Of a stretch of 64,000 nt of DNA, positions 44,601 through 50,100 are shown piece by piece. The notes beneath the pieces are model-generated. The model was not told the origin of the DNA and made no database searches. It saw nothing but the letters and a program-made list of their open reading frames with translations. A program made the position numbers and the translations under genes. Location of the stretch: the NCBI GenBank assembly GCA_963666515.2, contig OY762897.2:3904001-3968000 (forward strand), read 5' to 3'. Origin of the DNA: Candidatus Binatia bacterium (lineage in GTDB: Bacteria > Desulfobacterota > Binatia > UBA9968 > JAJDTQ01). How positions within the stretch are numbered: position 1 is the stretch's first letter; every line of letters begins with the position of its first letter.

Positions 44601-47183
44601 GGGGCGTTGTCGGGGCACGGGAGCGGGGCGGGATCAGCGGAGTTGGCGGCGGACGTGGAGCGCGGGACGGGAAGCGCGTTGGCGCTGGCGCAGGGACTGG
44701 TGGACGCGGGCATCGAGCCGAGCGGGGGCATGTGGCTGGTGACGCGGGGGGCGCAGGTGGTGGACGGCGAGCGCGCGGGGGAGTTGTCGGGGTCGGCGCT
44801 GTGGGGGCTGGGAAAGACGCTGGCGCTGGAAGCGGGACAACTGAAGCCCCGGCTGGTGGACCTGGACCCGGAAGATGAGACCGGGAGTGGAGTGTTGGTG
44901 GAGGAATTGCTGCATCCGGACCGGGAGACGGAGGTGGCGTATCGGGGCGGCAGCCGGCGGGTGCTGCGCTTGGTGCGGGCTGGAACGCGGCTGGTGCTGC
45001 CGGAGGGAGCGGATTGGCGGCTGGTTTCGGGTGCGGACGGACTGTTGGAGAGCGTAAGGGCGGAGCGGGTTCCGGCGCGGGCTCCGGGGTCCGGGGAGTT
45101 GCGGGTGGCGGTGGAGGCCGCGGGACTGAACTTTCGAGACGTGATGATGGCGCTGAAGCTGGTGGACGTGGATGCTTCCCTGGGAGGCGAGTTTTGCGGG
45201 CGGGTGCTGGATGTGGGAGCGGACGTGACAGGCTTCTCGGCCGGCGACCGGGTGGTGGGCTTCGCTCCCGGTGGGTTGGGGCCGGAGGCGGTGACGCGAG
45301 CGGAGGTGGTGGCGCGGGCGCCGGCGGGGATGACGCCGGCGGAGTTGGCGACGGTTCCGGTGGTGTTCACGACGGTGGCGCTGGCGTTCGAGTTGTCGGG
45401 TCTGAAGGGTGGGGAGCGGGTGCTGGTGCACGCAGGTGCGGGGGGAGTGGGTTTGGCGGCGATCCAGATGGCGCAGAGTCTGGGGGCGGAGGTGTATGCG
45501 ACGGCGAGTGCGCCGAAGCGGCGTTACCTGGAGTCGCTGGGGGTGGCGGAAGTGTTCGACAGCCGGAGCACGCGGTTCGGGGAGGACGTTCTGGGGGCGA
45601 CGGGTGGAGAGGGCGTGGATGTGGTGCTGAACAGCCTGACGGGGGAGGGCTTCATCGAGGCGAGCCTGTCGTGCCTGAAGGAGGGGGGGCGGTTTGTGGA
45701 GATCGGCAAGCGGGGGATATGGAGCGAGGAGGGGATGAGGAAGGCGCGTCCGGACGTGGACTACCATGTATTGGCGCTGGACCGATTGCTGGAGGCGGAG
45801 CCGGGGCGAGTGGGCAGGGTGTTGCGGGGAGTGACGGAGCGGGTGGGAGCGGCGGAGCTGCAGCCGTTGCGGCGGAGCGTGTGGGGAATGGGAGAGGCGG
45901 TGGAGGCGATGGAGTACATGAGTTCGGGGCGTCACGTGGGCAAGCTGGTGCTGCGTGTATCGTCCGGAGGGCTGCGGGAGGACGGGACGTATCTGGTGAC
46001 GGGGGGGCTGGGGGGCATCGGGTTGGAGTTGGCAGGGTGGCTGGCGGACCACGGGGCGCGGAGCATGGTGTTGAACGGCCGGCGTGAGCCGGAGGGGGCG
46101 GCGATGGCGGCGGTGGAAGCATTGCGGGAGCGGGGAGTGGATGTGCGGGTGGAGTTGGCGGACGTGGCGGACGGGGACGCGGTGGCGGCGATGCTGGAAC
46201 GGATGGACCGCGAGTTGCCGCCTCTGGCGGGGGTGTTCCACAGCGTGGGTGCGTTGGCGGACGGGGCGTTGGGGAATCAGGACTGGGGTCGGTTCGAGCG
46301 TGTGCTGTGGCCGAAGGTGTTGGGGGCATGGCATCTGCACCGTGCGACGGAAGCGCGGGAGTTGGACCTGTTCGTGCTGTTTTCGAGCGTGACGGGGGTG
46401 TTGGGGAACGCGGGACAGGCGAACCATGCGGCGGCGAATGCGTTTTTGGACCAGTTGGCGCGGCATCGGCGGGCCTTGGGTCTGGCGGGGCAGTCGATCG
46501 CGTGGGGGGCATGGTCGGGGGTGGGCGAGGCGGAGGAGCAGCGGGAGCGGATCGGGGAGCGGCTGGCGGCCTCGGGAGCCGGCTGGATGACGCCGCGGCA
46601 GGGACTGGGGGTGTTGGAGCGGGTGGTTCGTGGGGGCGAGGCGACGAGCGCGGCGATGCTGGTGGACTGGGAGTTGTATGGGGCGGGGCCGCGGGACGTG
46701 CCGCCGTTGCTGGAGGAGCTGGTGACGGTGGCCGCGGCCGGAGTTGGTGAAGAGGAGCGAAGGGGGGCGCTGTTGGAGCGGTTGCGTGGGGTACGCGCGC
46801 CGGAGCGGGAGGGGCTGCTGCTGGAGTTCTTGCAGCGGGAGTTGCAGGCAGTGCTCCATATGCCGTCGTTGCCCGCCGCGGGGGTCGGCTTTTTCGATCT
46901 GGGGATGGACTCGTTGATGGCGGTCGAGTTCCGCAACCGGGTGAACCGCGGTCTGGCAGGGGTGACGGCGTTGGCGAGCACCGCGGTGTTCGATCACGCG
47001 AGCCCGGAGGCGCTGGCCCGGCATCTGGTCCGGGAGTTGGGAGTGCACGACGGTCCGGGAAGCTTTTCTGCCGAGGAAGATGCTTCCTCCGTGTCTGACC
47101 TGGAAACGGAGAGAGTTCAAGGTCTGTCGGAGCAGGAGTTCCTGAAAGAAGCATCGCGAGTGCTGGGAGAGGATCATGAGTAG
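26652..47183 (+). CDS. Trimodular type I PKS (6843 aa): [KS-AT-DH-cMT-KR-ACP]-[KS-AT-DH-ER-KR-ACP]-[KS-AT-DH-ER-KR-ACP] (modules 4-6)
   Basis: ATGA overlap with the upstream stop. KS DTACSSS / DTVCSSA / DTACSAS; AT GHSVG x3 (HGFH, QGFH, HGFH); DH HRVFG x3; one MT (~31390); ER x2 (~38740, ~45420); KR x3; ACP GMDSL x3 (~33530, ~40220, ~46905). Confidence 0.97.
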   Translation: MNKYVELSRKLLGELKVRKRRISEFTQPVAVVGLACRFPGGDGLEGFWRLLESGGDAVTEARGKPIGGGMAVYGETRGEGSPAHWGGFVEGVDLFDAEFFRIAPVEARLLDPQQRLLLETSWQALESAAIDPGGLKGSRTGVYAGIASHDYADLMVASGETDSGSVYIATGNTGSTAIGRVAFALGLEGPAVAVDTACSSSLVAVHQAVSGLQRGEADLALAGGVNVLLSPLVTETFRNGGMLSPDGRCKTFDASADGFVRGEGCGVVVLKRLADAEAAGDRIWGVVRGSAVNHDGASAGLTVPNGLAQERVIGDALKQAGVEPSEVDYLEAHGTGTELGDPIEVDAAAAVYGAGRDPAQPLLLGSVKTNIGHLETAAGVAGLIKVLLSMNHGVIPRHLHFRQPNPHVDWDRLPVRVVSEPEAWPRHEGRPARAGVSSFGFSGTNAHVVVEGYGAVAAAGPRHSGEEPVPYLVRGENTAEESGGAGPRHSGESRNPVAGGAGPAVAVGWPEGASEFRPAKGSGGVTGARERRLLALSGRTEEALHALAGRYVEWLEERAELLTPVEGGGEGLSGRELLADMAWTAGVGRSHLGHRAGLTFGEVGELREKLALLAGGSVEVSRVRGRGGAPKVGFLFTGQGSQWAGMGRDLYEGEPVFRAVLDRCEEEVKRLRGESLLEVMFEAGQGPELDHTRWTQPALYALEAGLAALWRSAGVRPAAVLGHSVGEIAAAYAAGVLTLEEGMRLAARRGELMGSLPVDGPRAGSMAAVFGSAGRVEELVAEVNEAVRGGIPGTEGDPPFAGEALSVAGYNGGHVVVSGLTGAVEELVERSRVAGLRAERLRVSHGFHSGLMEPVLDELAGLLEGVEARAPEVELVSNVTGAVLGSGERMDGSYWRRQAREPVAFSAGVAALAGLGVEVLVELGPGPVLGRMAALAWPAEGRGQGDEASSGPGSRSPVVVTSLSGRMAGGGTAGRDAGFPEAVAEVYSAGVDLSFAGLFAGEERRRVSLPGYPFQRQRYWAEPPRRRRRVGEANHPLLGERRDSAGGETTFETELYASEPEWLRDHRVFGQVAAPGAIYGAMALSAAALAGGTRPVAGGVAVEDMEMHAPLLLPGGNGKGGEPGRAVQVVVSAAGESGRREVKIYSKGDEEEKWTLHAAAQTAGAVEEAMAGEAVDVEGLKEELGADEAAEFYRAVGKMGVELGPSFRTVTGLWTGPGEAVGEVRLREGLANGETGLHPVLLDGCFQVLGAALSAGAMGADEEGEEGDTGEQEAVYLPFGWERLWIRGDLKEGVTCRARVRGGGEKGEAGEVATADLWLYGESGEMVGEVRGLALKRASRGAFLSVGVRTEELLYVPEWREAPYEGEVKGASFLKPPEEAVRGGGSVSEHLEGAGVTVAGVRELQGELERVARGYAARALEELGWRREAGEEVSEDELRERLGVVKDQEHLFGRVLWLAAEAGLLERVEGERGRWRVPAGSSGEMGEEGLRDPGGLASRLVERHGRVVEVEAGLLSRCGGSLAEVLQGRTEPLGLLFAEGDSGAAELYGEAPVSRAMSDLLAGVLGSAVSGLPEGRVLRVLEVGAGTGGTTRAVLERLPAGEFEYEYTDVSAWFFAGARERFEEWGEAMEYRVLDLEGEPGEQGFEEHGYDVVLAGNVLHATRDIVATLRRCQWLLAPGGLLVAQEGLRRQGLWDLTFGMLAGWWRFVEGGDGYREESPLMGGDEWRGALREAGYEDVAVVGEAEGLDYGVIVARSPEEAAETGGVWVLSSDAGVEGLELAKELSERKQRVLLAVDEKWGQEGEADAAGVEVFRLEQRSRESWRSLLEGVVGEGGGVRGVVHVGGMSGQGEGAGSEEMAADVRESLGSGLALVQGLLDAGVEPGDGLWLVTRGGQVLGGEGGGELIGSVMWGFGRTLWWEAGQLRARLVDLDPAEPGSGFGVLADELLNPDREREIAYRGGVRQVLRLARVGRAGKAAGEGGLLRGDGTYLVTGGMGGIGLEVAGWLADHGARSMVLNGRREPEGAAMVAVEALRERGVDVRVELADVADGDAVAAMVERMDRELPPLAGVFHSVGVLADGALGNQDWGRFERVLWPKVLGAWHLHRATEARELDLFVLFSSVTGVLGNAGQANHAAANAFLDQLARHRRALGLAGQSIAWGAWSGVGEAEEQRERIGERLAASGAGWMTPRQGLGVLERVVRGGEATSVATMMDWESYGAGPRDVPPLLEELVTVSGVGEGASRAGELLDRVREAAASEREGLLLEFVQGELQEVLQTRSLPAAGVGFFDLGMDSLMAVDFRNRLNRGLGGAVVLSSTVVFDHGSAAALARHLAEELGVREVSEGVLRRRRVVGGGEDGIAVVGMACRFPGGGGVDGFWRLLDSGGDAVTNGRVNPPGGPYGVVASGDGPSIRWGGFIEDVELFDAEFFRIAPVEARLLDPQQRLLLETSWEALESAGIDAGRLRGSPTGVYAGISNNDYAEVVTREDAVSPYMVTGNSGATAIGRVAFTLGLEGPAVAVDTVCSSALVAVHQAVLGLQRGDADLALAGGVNVLLSATVTESVVRAGMLSPDGRCKTFDASADGFVRGEGCGMVVLKRLRDAEADGDRIWGVIRGSAINHDGASAGLTVPNGSAQERVIREALRRAGLESWEVDYLEAHGTGTELGDPIEIHAAAAVYGAGRDGAQPLRVGSVKTNVGHLEAAAGVAGLMKVLLSMNHGVIPKHLHFREPNPHVDWERLPLRVASEPEVWPRREGRPARAAVSSFGVSGTNAHVVVEGYGDAAGPEEDRLPGGPAVAVGWPEGASEYRPAEGAGGVTGARERRLLPLSGHTEKALRALAARYAEWLEERAGLSSSADTDGGDSGPAGADPLADVAWTAAVGRSHHGRRAAVTFGGAEELREKLAGLAAGGSASEAAVGARAVGESGEVRKVAFLFTGQGSQWAGMGRELYRREPVFCAVLDRCEEAFRGLRGESLLAVMFGEGGDRGSLDDTRWTQPALYALEAGLAALWGSVGVRPAAVLGHSVGEIAAAYAAGVFSLEAGMRFAARRGELMGSLPAAGPDAGAMAAVFAPAAGVEALVAAVNVEMGSERLGMAAYNGAHQVVSGLAGAVEAMLERCAREGVRAERLRVSQGFHSVLMDPILDELEGLLAGVDVTGPAVALVSDVTGGVLPAGEAMDGAYWRRQAREPVAFGAGVAALAGMGVDVLVELGPRPVLGGMAALAWPVEEGGGNVSGEPGARFGGPVVLTSLKGRGGGGGDGSSDGGFVEAVGGAYASGLALGFEGLFVGEERRRVSLPGYPFQRQRYWADAPRRRRRAGGLEHPLLGERRELPGGETTFETELYATEPAWLSEHRVFGQVAAPGAMYGAMALSAASLTGGSRYGSVTGGGVAVEEVQIHAPLVLPEGEGDGDEPGRTVFVAVAAMEAGGSRPVKIYSKGEDEKEWTLHAEARTGGGDAVRQAPARLDVEALKKGLSELDTAEFYRGFAAAGVEFGGSFRTVQGLWRGPGEAVGDVCLGEGWKDGEAGLHPVLLDGCFQVLGAALGAGAEEEGRGTAAGGATYLPFGWERLWVEGEMPERVTCHARVCGVDGGGDGGDEGKGSPAEVVTADLCLYGDDGRLVGEVSGLVLKRASRSAFLSGAVRTEDLLYAPVWRKAGLEGEVREADFLVSPAEAEEESGLWVLSSDDDGEGLSLAEELAGRNQRVVLAVGEGAAGVEGPGVRGVEVVGLDMRSRGGWHRLLEGLPEEARLRGVVHLGALSGHGSGAGSAELAADVERGTGSALALAQGLVDAGIEPSGGMWLVTRGAQVVDGERGGELSGSALWGLGKTLALEAGQLKPRLVDLDPEDETGSGVLVEELLHPDRETEVAYRGGSRRVLRLVRGGTRLVLPEGADWRLVSGADGLLESVRAERVPARALGSGELRVAVEAAGLNFRDVMVALRLVDLDASLGGEFCGRVLEVGAEVTGFSAGDRVVGFAPGGLGPEAVTRAEVVARAPAGMTPAELATVPVVFTTVALAFELSGLKGGERVLVHAGAGGVGLAAIQMAQSLGAEVYATASAPKRRYLESLGVAEVFDSRSTRFGEEVLGATGGEGVDVVLNSLTGEGFIEASLWCLKEGGRFVEIGKRGIWSEEGMRKARPDVDYHVLALDRLLEAEPGRVGRVLRGVTERVGAAELQPLRRSVWGMGEAVEAMEYMSSGRHVGKLVLRVSSGGLREDGTYLVTGGLGGIGLELAGWLADHGARSMVLNGRREPEGAAMAAVEALRERGVDVRVELADVADGDAVAAMVERMDRELPPLAGVFHSVGVLADGALGNQDWGRFERVLWPKVLGAWHLHRATEARELDLFVLFSSVTGVLGNAGQANHAAANAFLDQLARHRRALGLAGQSIAWGAWSGVGEAEEQRERIGERLAASGAGWMTPRQGLGVLERVVRGGEATSVATMMDWESYGAGPRDVPPLLEELVTVSGVGEGASRAGELLDRVREAAASEREGLLLEFVQGELQEVLQTRSLPAAGVGFFDLGMDSLMAVDFRNRLNRGLGGAVVLSSTVVFDHGSAAALARHLAEELGVREVSEGVLRRRRVVGGGEDGIAVVGMACRFPGGGGVDGFWRLLDSGGDAVTNGRGTQAGGGRTGQVLEGSWTGWGGFIEDVELFDAEFFRIAPVEARLLDPQHRLLLETSWEALESAGMDTGRLKGSRTGVYAGISGNAYGSLAAVVKEESANLYLATGNSGATAIGRVAFTLGLEGPAVAVDTACSASLVAVHQAVSGLRTGDADLALAGGVNVLLSLGAEEFSVEGMLSPDGRCKTFDASADGFVRGEGCGMVVLKRLRDAEADGDRIWGVIRGSAINHDGASAGLTVPNGSAQERVIREALRRAGLESWEVDYLEAHGTGTELGDPIEIHAAAAVYGAGRDGAQPLRVGSVKTNVGHLEAAAGVAGLMKVLLSMNHGVIPKHLHFREPNPHMDWERLLVRVASEPEAWPRREGRPARAAVSSFGISGTNAHVVLEEYGEAAGPEEDRLPGGPAVTVGWPEGTDEGRPEANGGMGTAERARRVLALSGRTEGAVRELAGRYVEWLEERAGLLSPVDAECERGASSGRELLADMAWTAGVGRSHHGCRAGLTFGEAGELREKLAGLASGSDAGPGVSTARETGGAPKVGFLFTGQGSQWAGMGRDLYEGEAVFRAVLDRCEEEVKRLRGESLLAVMFGEGGDRGSLDDTRWTQPALYALEAGLAALWGSVGVRPAAVLGHSVGEIAAAYAAGVFSLEAGMRFAARRGELMGSLPDAGPAAGAMAAVFAPAAGVEALVAVVNGEMGSERLGMAAYNGAHQVVSGRAGAVEEMLERCAREGVRAERLRVSHGFHSVLMDPILEELEGLLAGVDVTAPAVALVSDVTGGVLPAGEAMDGAYWRRQAREPVAFGAGVAALAGMGVDVLVELGPRPVLGGMAALAWPVEEGGGNVSGEPGARFGGPVVLTSLKGRAGGDGDGSSDGGFVEAVGGAYASGLALGFEGLFVGEERRRVSLPGYPFQRQRYWADAPRRRRRAGGLDHPLLGERRELPGGETTFETELYATEPAWLSDHRVFGQVAAPGAMYGAMALSAASLAGGSRYGSVTSGGVAVEEVQIHAPLVLPEGEGDGDEPGRTVFVAVAAMEAAGSRPVKIYSKGEDEKAWTLHAEARTGGGDAVRQAPARLDVEALKKGLSELDTAEFYRGFAAAGVELGGSFRTVQGLWRGPGEAVGDVCLGEGWKDGEAGLHPVLLDGCFQVLGAALGAGAEEEGRETAAGGATYLPFGWERLWVVGEMPERVTCHARVCGVEAGGDGGDEGEGSPAEVVTADLWLYGDDGRLVGEVSGLVLKRASRSAFSSGAVRTEDLLYAPVWRKAGFEGKVREADFPVSPAEVEEESGLWVLSSDDDGEGSALAEELAGRNQRVVLAVGEGAAGVEGPGVRGVEVVGLDMRCRGGWHRLLEGLPEEARLRGVVHLGALSGHGSGAGSAELAADVERGTGSALALAQGLVDAGIEPSGGMWLVTRGAQVVDGERAGELSGSALWGLGKTLALEAGQLKPRLVDLDPEDETGSGVLVEELLHPDRETEVAYRGGSRRVLRLVRAGTRLVLPEGADWRLVSGADGLLESVRAERVPARAPGSGELRVAVEAAGLNFRDVMMALKLVDVDASLGGEFCGRVLDVGADVTGFSAGDRVVGFAPGGLGPEAVTRAEVVARAPAGMTPAELATVPVVFTTVALAFELSGLKGGERVLVHAGAGGVGLAAIQMAQSLGAEVYATASAPKRRYLESLGVAEVFDSRSTRFGEDVLGATGGEGVDVVLNSLTGEGFIEASLSCLKEGGRFVEIGKRGIWSEEGMRKARPDVDYHVLALDRLLEAEPGRVGRVLRGVTERVGAAELQPLRRSVWGMGEAVEAMEYMSSGRHVGKLVLRVSSGGLREDGTYLVTGGLGGIGLELAGWLADHGARSMVLNGRREPEGAAMAAVEALRERGVDVRVELADVADGDAVAAMLERMDRELPPLAGVFHSVGALADGALGNQDWGRFERVLWPKVLGAWHLHRATEARELDLFVLFSSVTGVLGNAGQANHAAANAFLDQLARHRRALGLAGQSIAWGAWSGVGEAEEQRERIGERLAASGAGWMTPRQGLGVLERVVRGGEATSAAMLVDWELYGAGPRDVPPLLEELVTVAAAGVGEEERRGALLERLRGVRAPEREGLLLEFLQRELQAVLHMPSLPAAGVGFFDLGMDSLMAVEFRNRVNRGLAGVTALASTAVFDHASPEALARHLVRELGVHDGPGSFSAEEDASSVSDLETERVQGLSEQEFLKEASRVLGEDHE
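28035..28140. repeat. Two REP-like palindromes in tandem (degenerate long copy + intact short copy), KS-AT linker of module 4
   Basis: CGTCACTCCGGCGAAGAGCCTGTTCCGTACTTGGTACGGGGCGAGAAT at 28035, then CGTCATTCCGGCGAAAGCCGGAATCCAG at 28113-28140. Confidence 0.78.
32671..46729 (+). repeat. Tandem module-scale duplication, period ~6.68-6.69 kb
   Basis: 32671-33829 matches 39361-40519 (offset 6690) almost base for base. ~35570-40048 matches ~42250-46729 (offset 6681) with scattered SNPs. The KR is present in three near-identical copies (32671, 39361, 46042). Confidence 0.92.
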
Positions 47184-50100
47184 GTCCGACAAGTACTACG
47201 AGCTTTCCAGAAAACTGCTTGCCCAGGTCAACGTTCGAGAGCGCAAGATCGCTGAATTCACGCAGCCCATAGCGGTGGTGGGTCTGGCGTGCCGTTTTCC
47301 CGGAGGATCGGATGTGACCGGATTCTGGCGGCTGCTGGAGTCCGGCGGAGATGCGATCACGAAGGGTCGTGGGACACGGTCGGCTGGAGGTCGGGACGGG
47401 CAGGTTCAGGAAGGATCGTGGGAAGGCTGGGGAGGCTTCATCGAGGACGTGGAGTTGTTCGACGCGGAGTTTTTTCGGATCGCTCCGGTGGAAGCGCGGT
47501 TGCTGGATCCGCAGCATCGGTTGCTGCTGGAGACGAGTTGGGAGGCATTGGAGTCGGCGGGTGTGGATGCAGGGCGTGTGAAAGGCAGCCGGACGGGGGT
47601 CTATGCGGGGATCTCCGGCAACGAATACCGGATGATGGCGGCAGCGGCGGCGAGGGAGGAATCGGCGAACCTGTATATGGTCACGGGGAACAGCGGGAGC
47701 ACGGCCATCGGCCGGGTGGCGTTCACGCTGGGACTGGAGGGACCCGCGGTGGCGGTGGATACCTCGTGCTCGTCGTCTTTGGTGGCGGTGCATCAGGCAG
47801 TGTCGGGGCTGCGGAATGGAGATGCGGACCTGGCGCTGGCCGGAGGAGTGAACGTGTTGTTGATGCCGCCGGGGGCGGAGGAGTTCAGCGTCGAGGGGAT
47901 GCTGTCGCCGGACGGGCGCTGCAAGACGTTCGACGCGTCGGCGGACGGGTTCGTGCGGGGCGAGGGGTGCGGGATGGTGGTTCTGAAGCGGCTGCGGGAC
48001 GCGGAGGCGGACGGGGACCGGATCTGGGGCGTGATCCGGGGTTCGGCCATAAACCACGACGGCGCGAGCGCCGGACTGACGGTGCCGAACGGGTCGGCGC
48101 AGGAGCGGGTGATCGAGGAGGCGCTGGGCCGCGCCGGGCTGGAGTCCTGGGAGGTGGATTACCTGGAGGCGCACGGCACCGGGACGGAGTTGGGGGACCC
48201 GATCGAAATTCATGCGGCTGCGGCGGTGTACGGGGCGGGCCGGGATGGGTCGCAGCCGTTGCGGGTGGGGTCGGTGAAGACGAACGTGGGGCACCTGGAG
48301 GCGGCTGCGGGGGTGGCGGGTTTGATCAAGGTGCTGCTGTCCATGAATCATGGGGTGATCCCGAAGCACCTGCACTTCCGGGAGCCGAACCCCCACATGG
48401 ACTGGGAGCGGCTGCTGGTGCGGGTGGCGTCGGAGCCGGAGGTCTGGCCGCGGAGGGAGGGGCGTCCGGCGCGCGCTGCGGTGAGTTCGTTCGGGATATC
48501 GGGGACCAACGCTCACGTGGTTCTGGAGGAATACGGTGAAGCCGCGGGGTCGGAGGGAGGCCGGTCGCCCAGGGGGCCGGCGGTAGCGGTGGGATGGCCG
48601 GAAGGAGCATCGGAGTATCGGCCGGCGGAGGGACCCGCCGTTGCGACGGGGGCGCGGGAGCGGCGGCTGCTGCCGTTGTCCGGGCACACGGAAGAGGCTT
48701 TGCGCGCGTTGGCCGGGCGTTACGCGAACTGGCTGGAGGATCGCGTGCCGCCCCCGGCTGACGTCGGTGGCGGGAATTGGGGCGCCGTCGGGAAAGCTCT
48801 CCTCGCGGACGTGGCGTGGACCGCGGGGACGGGCCGGAGCCACCACGAGCATCGCGCCGGGTTGACGTTCGCCGAAGCCGGTGAATTGCGGGAGAAGCTC
48901 GCGGCGCTGGCAGGGAACCGGGAAGCGTCCGAGGCGCCGGCGGGTTCCGGGTCGAGGACCAAAGTGGCCTTTCTGTTTGCGGGTTACGGCAGCCAGTGGG
49001 TGGGCATGGGCCGGGACGTCTACGACCGCGAGCCGGTGTTCCGCGCGGTCCTGGACCGGTGCGAGAAGGCGTTTCGTGATCTCAGGGGGGCGTCCCTGCT
49101 GGACGCGGCCTTCGGGGATGCCGCCGGCGTGGACCTGAAAGACCCCACCTGGGGGCATCCCGCGGTGTACGCCGTGCAGACCGGCCTCACGGCGCTGCTG
49201 GCAAGCGTCGGGATCAGGCCGTTCGCGGTCATGGGTTACAGCCTGGGAGAGATCGCGGCCGCGCACGTGGCGGGCGTGTTCTCGCTGGAAGACGGTCTGC
49301 GTTTTGCGGCGTTGCGCGGCGAGCTGATGGCTTCGCTGGTCGCGGACCCGTCGGAATCGGGTCATGCCGTGTCCGTGTACGAGTCGCCCGAGCGCGTGTC
49401 GGAGTTGATGGAGGAGGTCAACCGGGAACACCGGGGGATGGAGTTGAGCGTGGCGGCGTATGCCGGCGCCTACCAGGTGGCGGCCGGGGCGCCGGAGGTG
49501 GTGGGCGCTTTGCAGGAGCGGTGTGTCGCGGAGGGCGTGCGCGCGGAACGTCTGCCGGTGAACGTGGGGTTTCACAGCGCGGTCGTGGACCCGATCCTGG
49601 ACGGCCTGGAGGCGGCGATGGAGGGCGTGACGGTGTCGCCGCCGGCGCTCGCCATGGTGAGCAATGTGACCGGTCGCGTGTTCCGGGCGGGGGAGACGTT
49701 GGACGGCGCCTACTGGCGGCGGCAGGCGCGGGAGCCGGTGAGGTTTTCCGGCGGGGTGGTCGCGTTGGCCGAGCTGGGAGTGGACGTGTTGATGGACGTC
49801 GGGCCGCAGCCGCGCGTGGGTCTGCTGGCGACGACGATGTGGCCCACCAACCCGCCGCCGGCCGTGGTGGTGGGGATGAAACGGCCGTCCGAGGAGGACG
49901 CCGGGGCCTCGCCAGGTTGGGCGGAGGCGGTGGCGGAAGCGTATGCGGCCGGGCTGGACGTGAAGTTCGAAGGTCTGTTCGCGGGCGAGGAGCGGCGGCG
50001 GGTGCTGCTGCCGGGGTATCCGTTCCAGCGGCAGCGCTACTGGGCGGACGCGCCGAGGCGTCGTCGGCGGGTCGGGGAGGCGCACCACCCGCTCCTGGGA

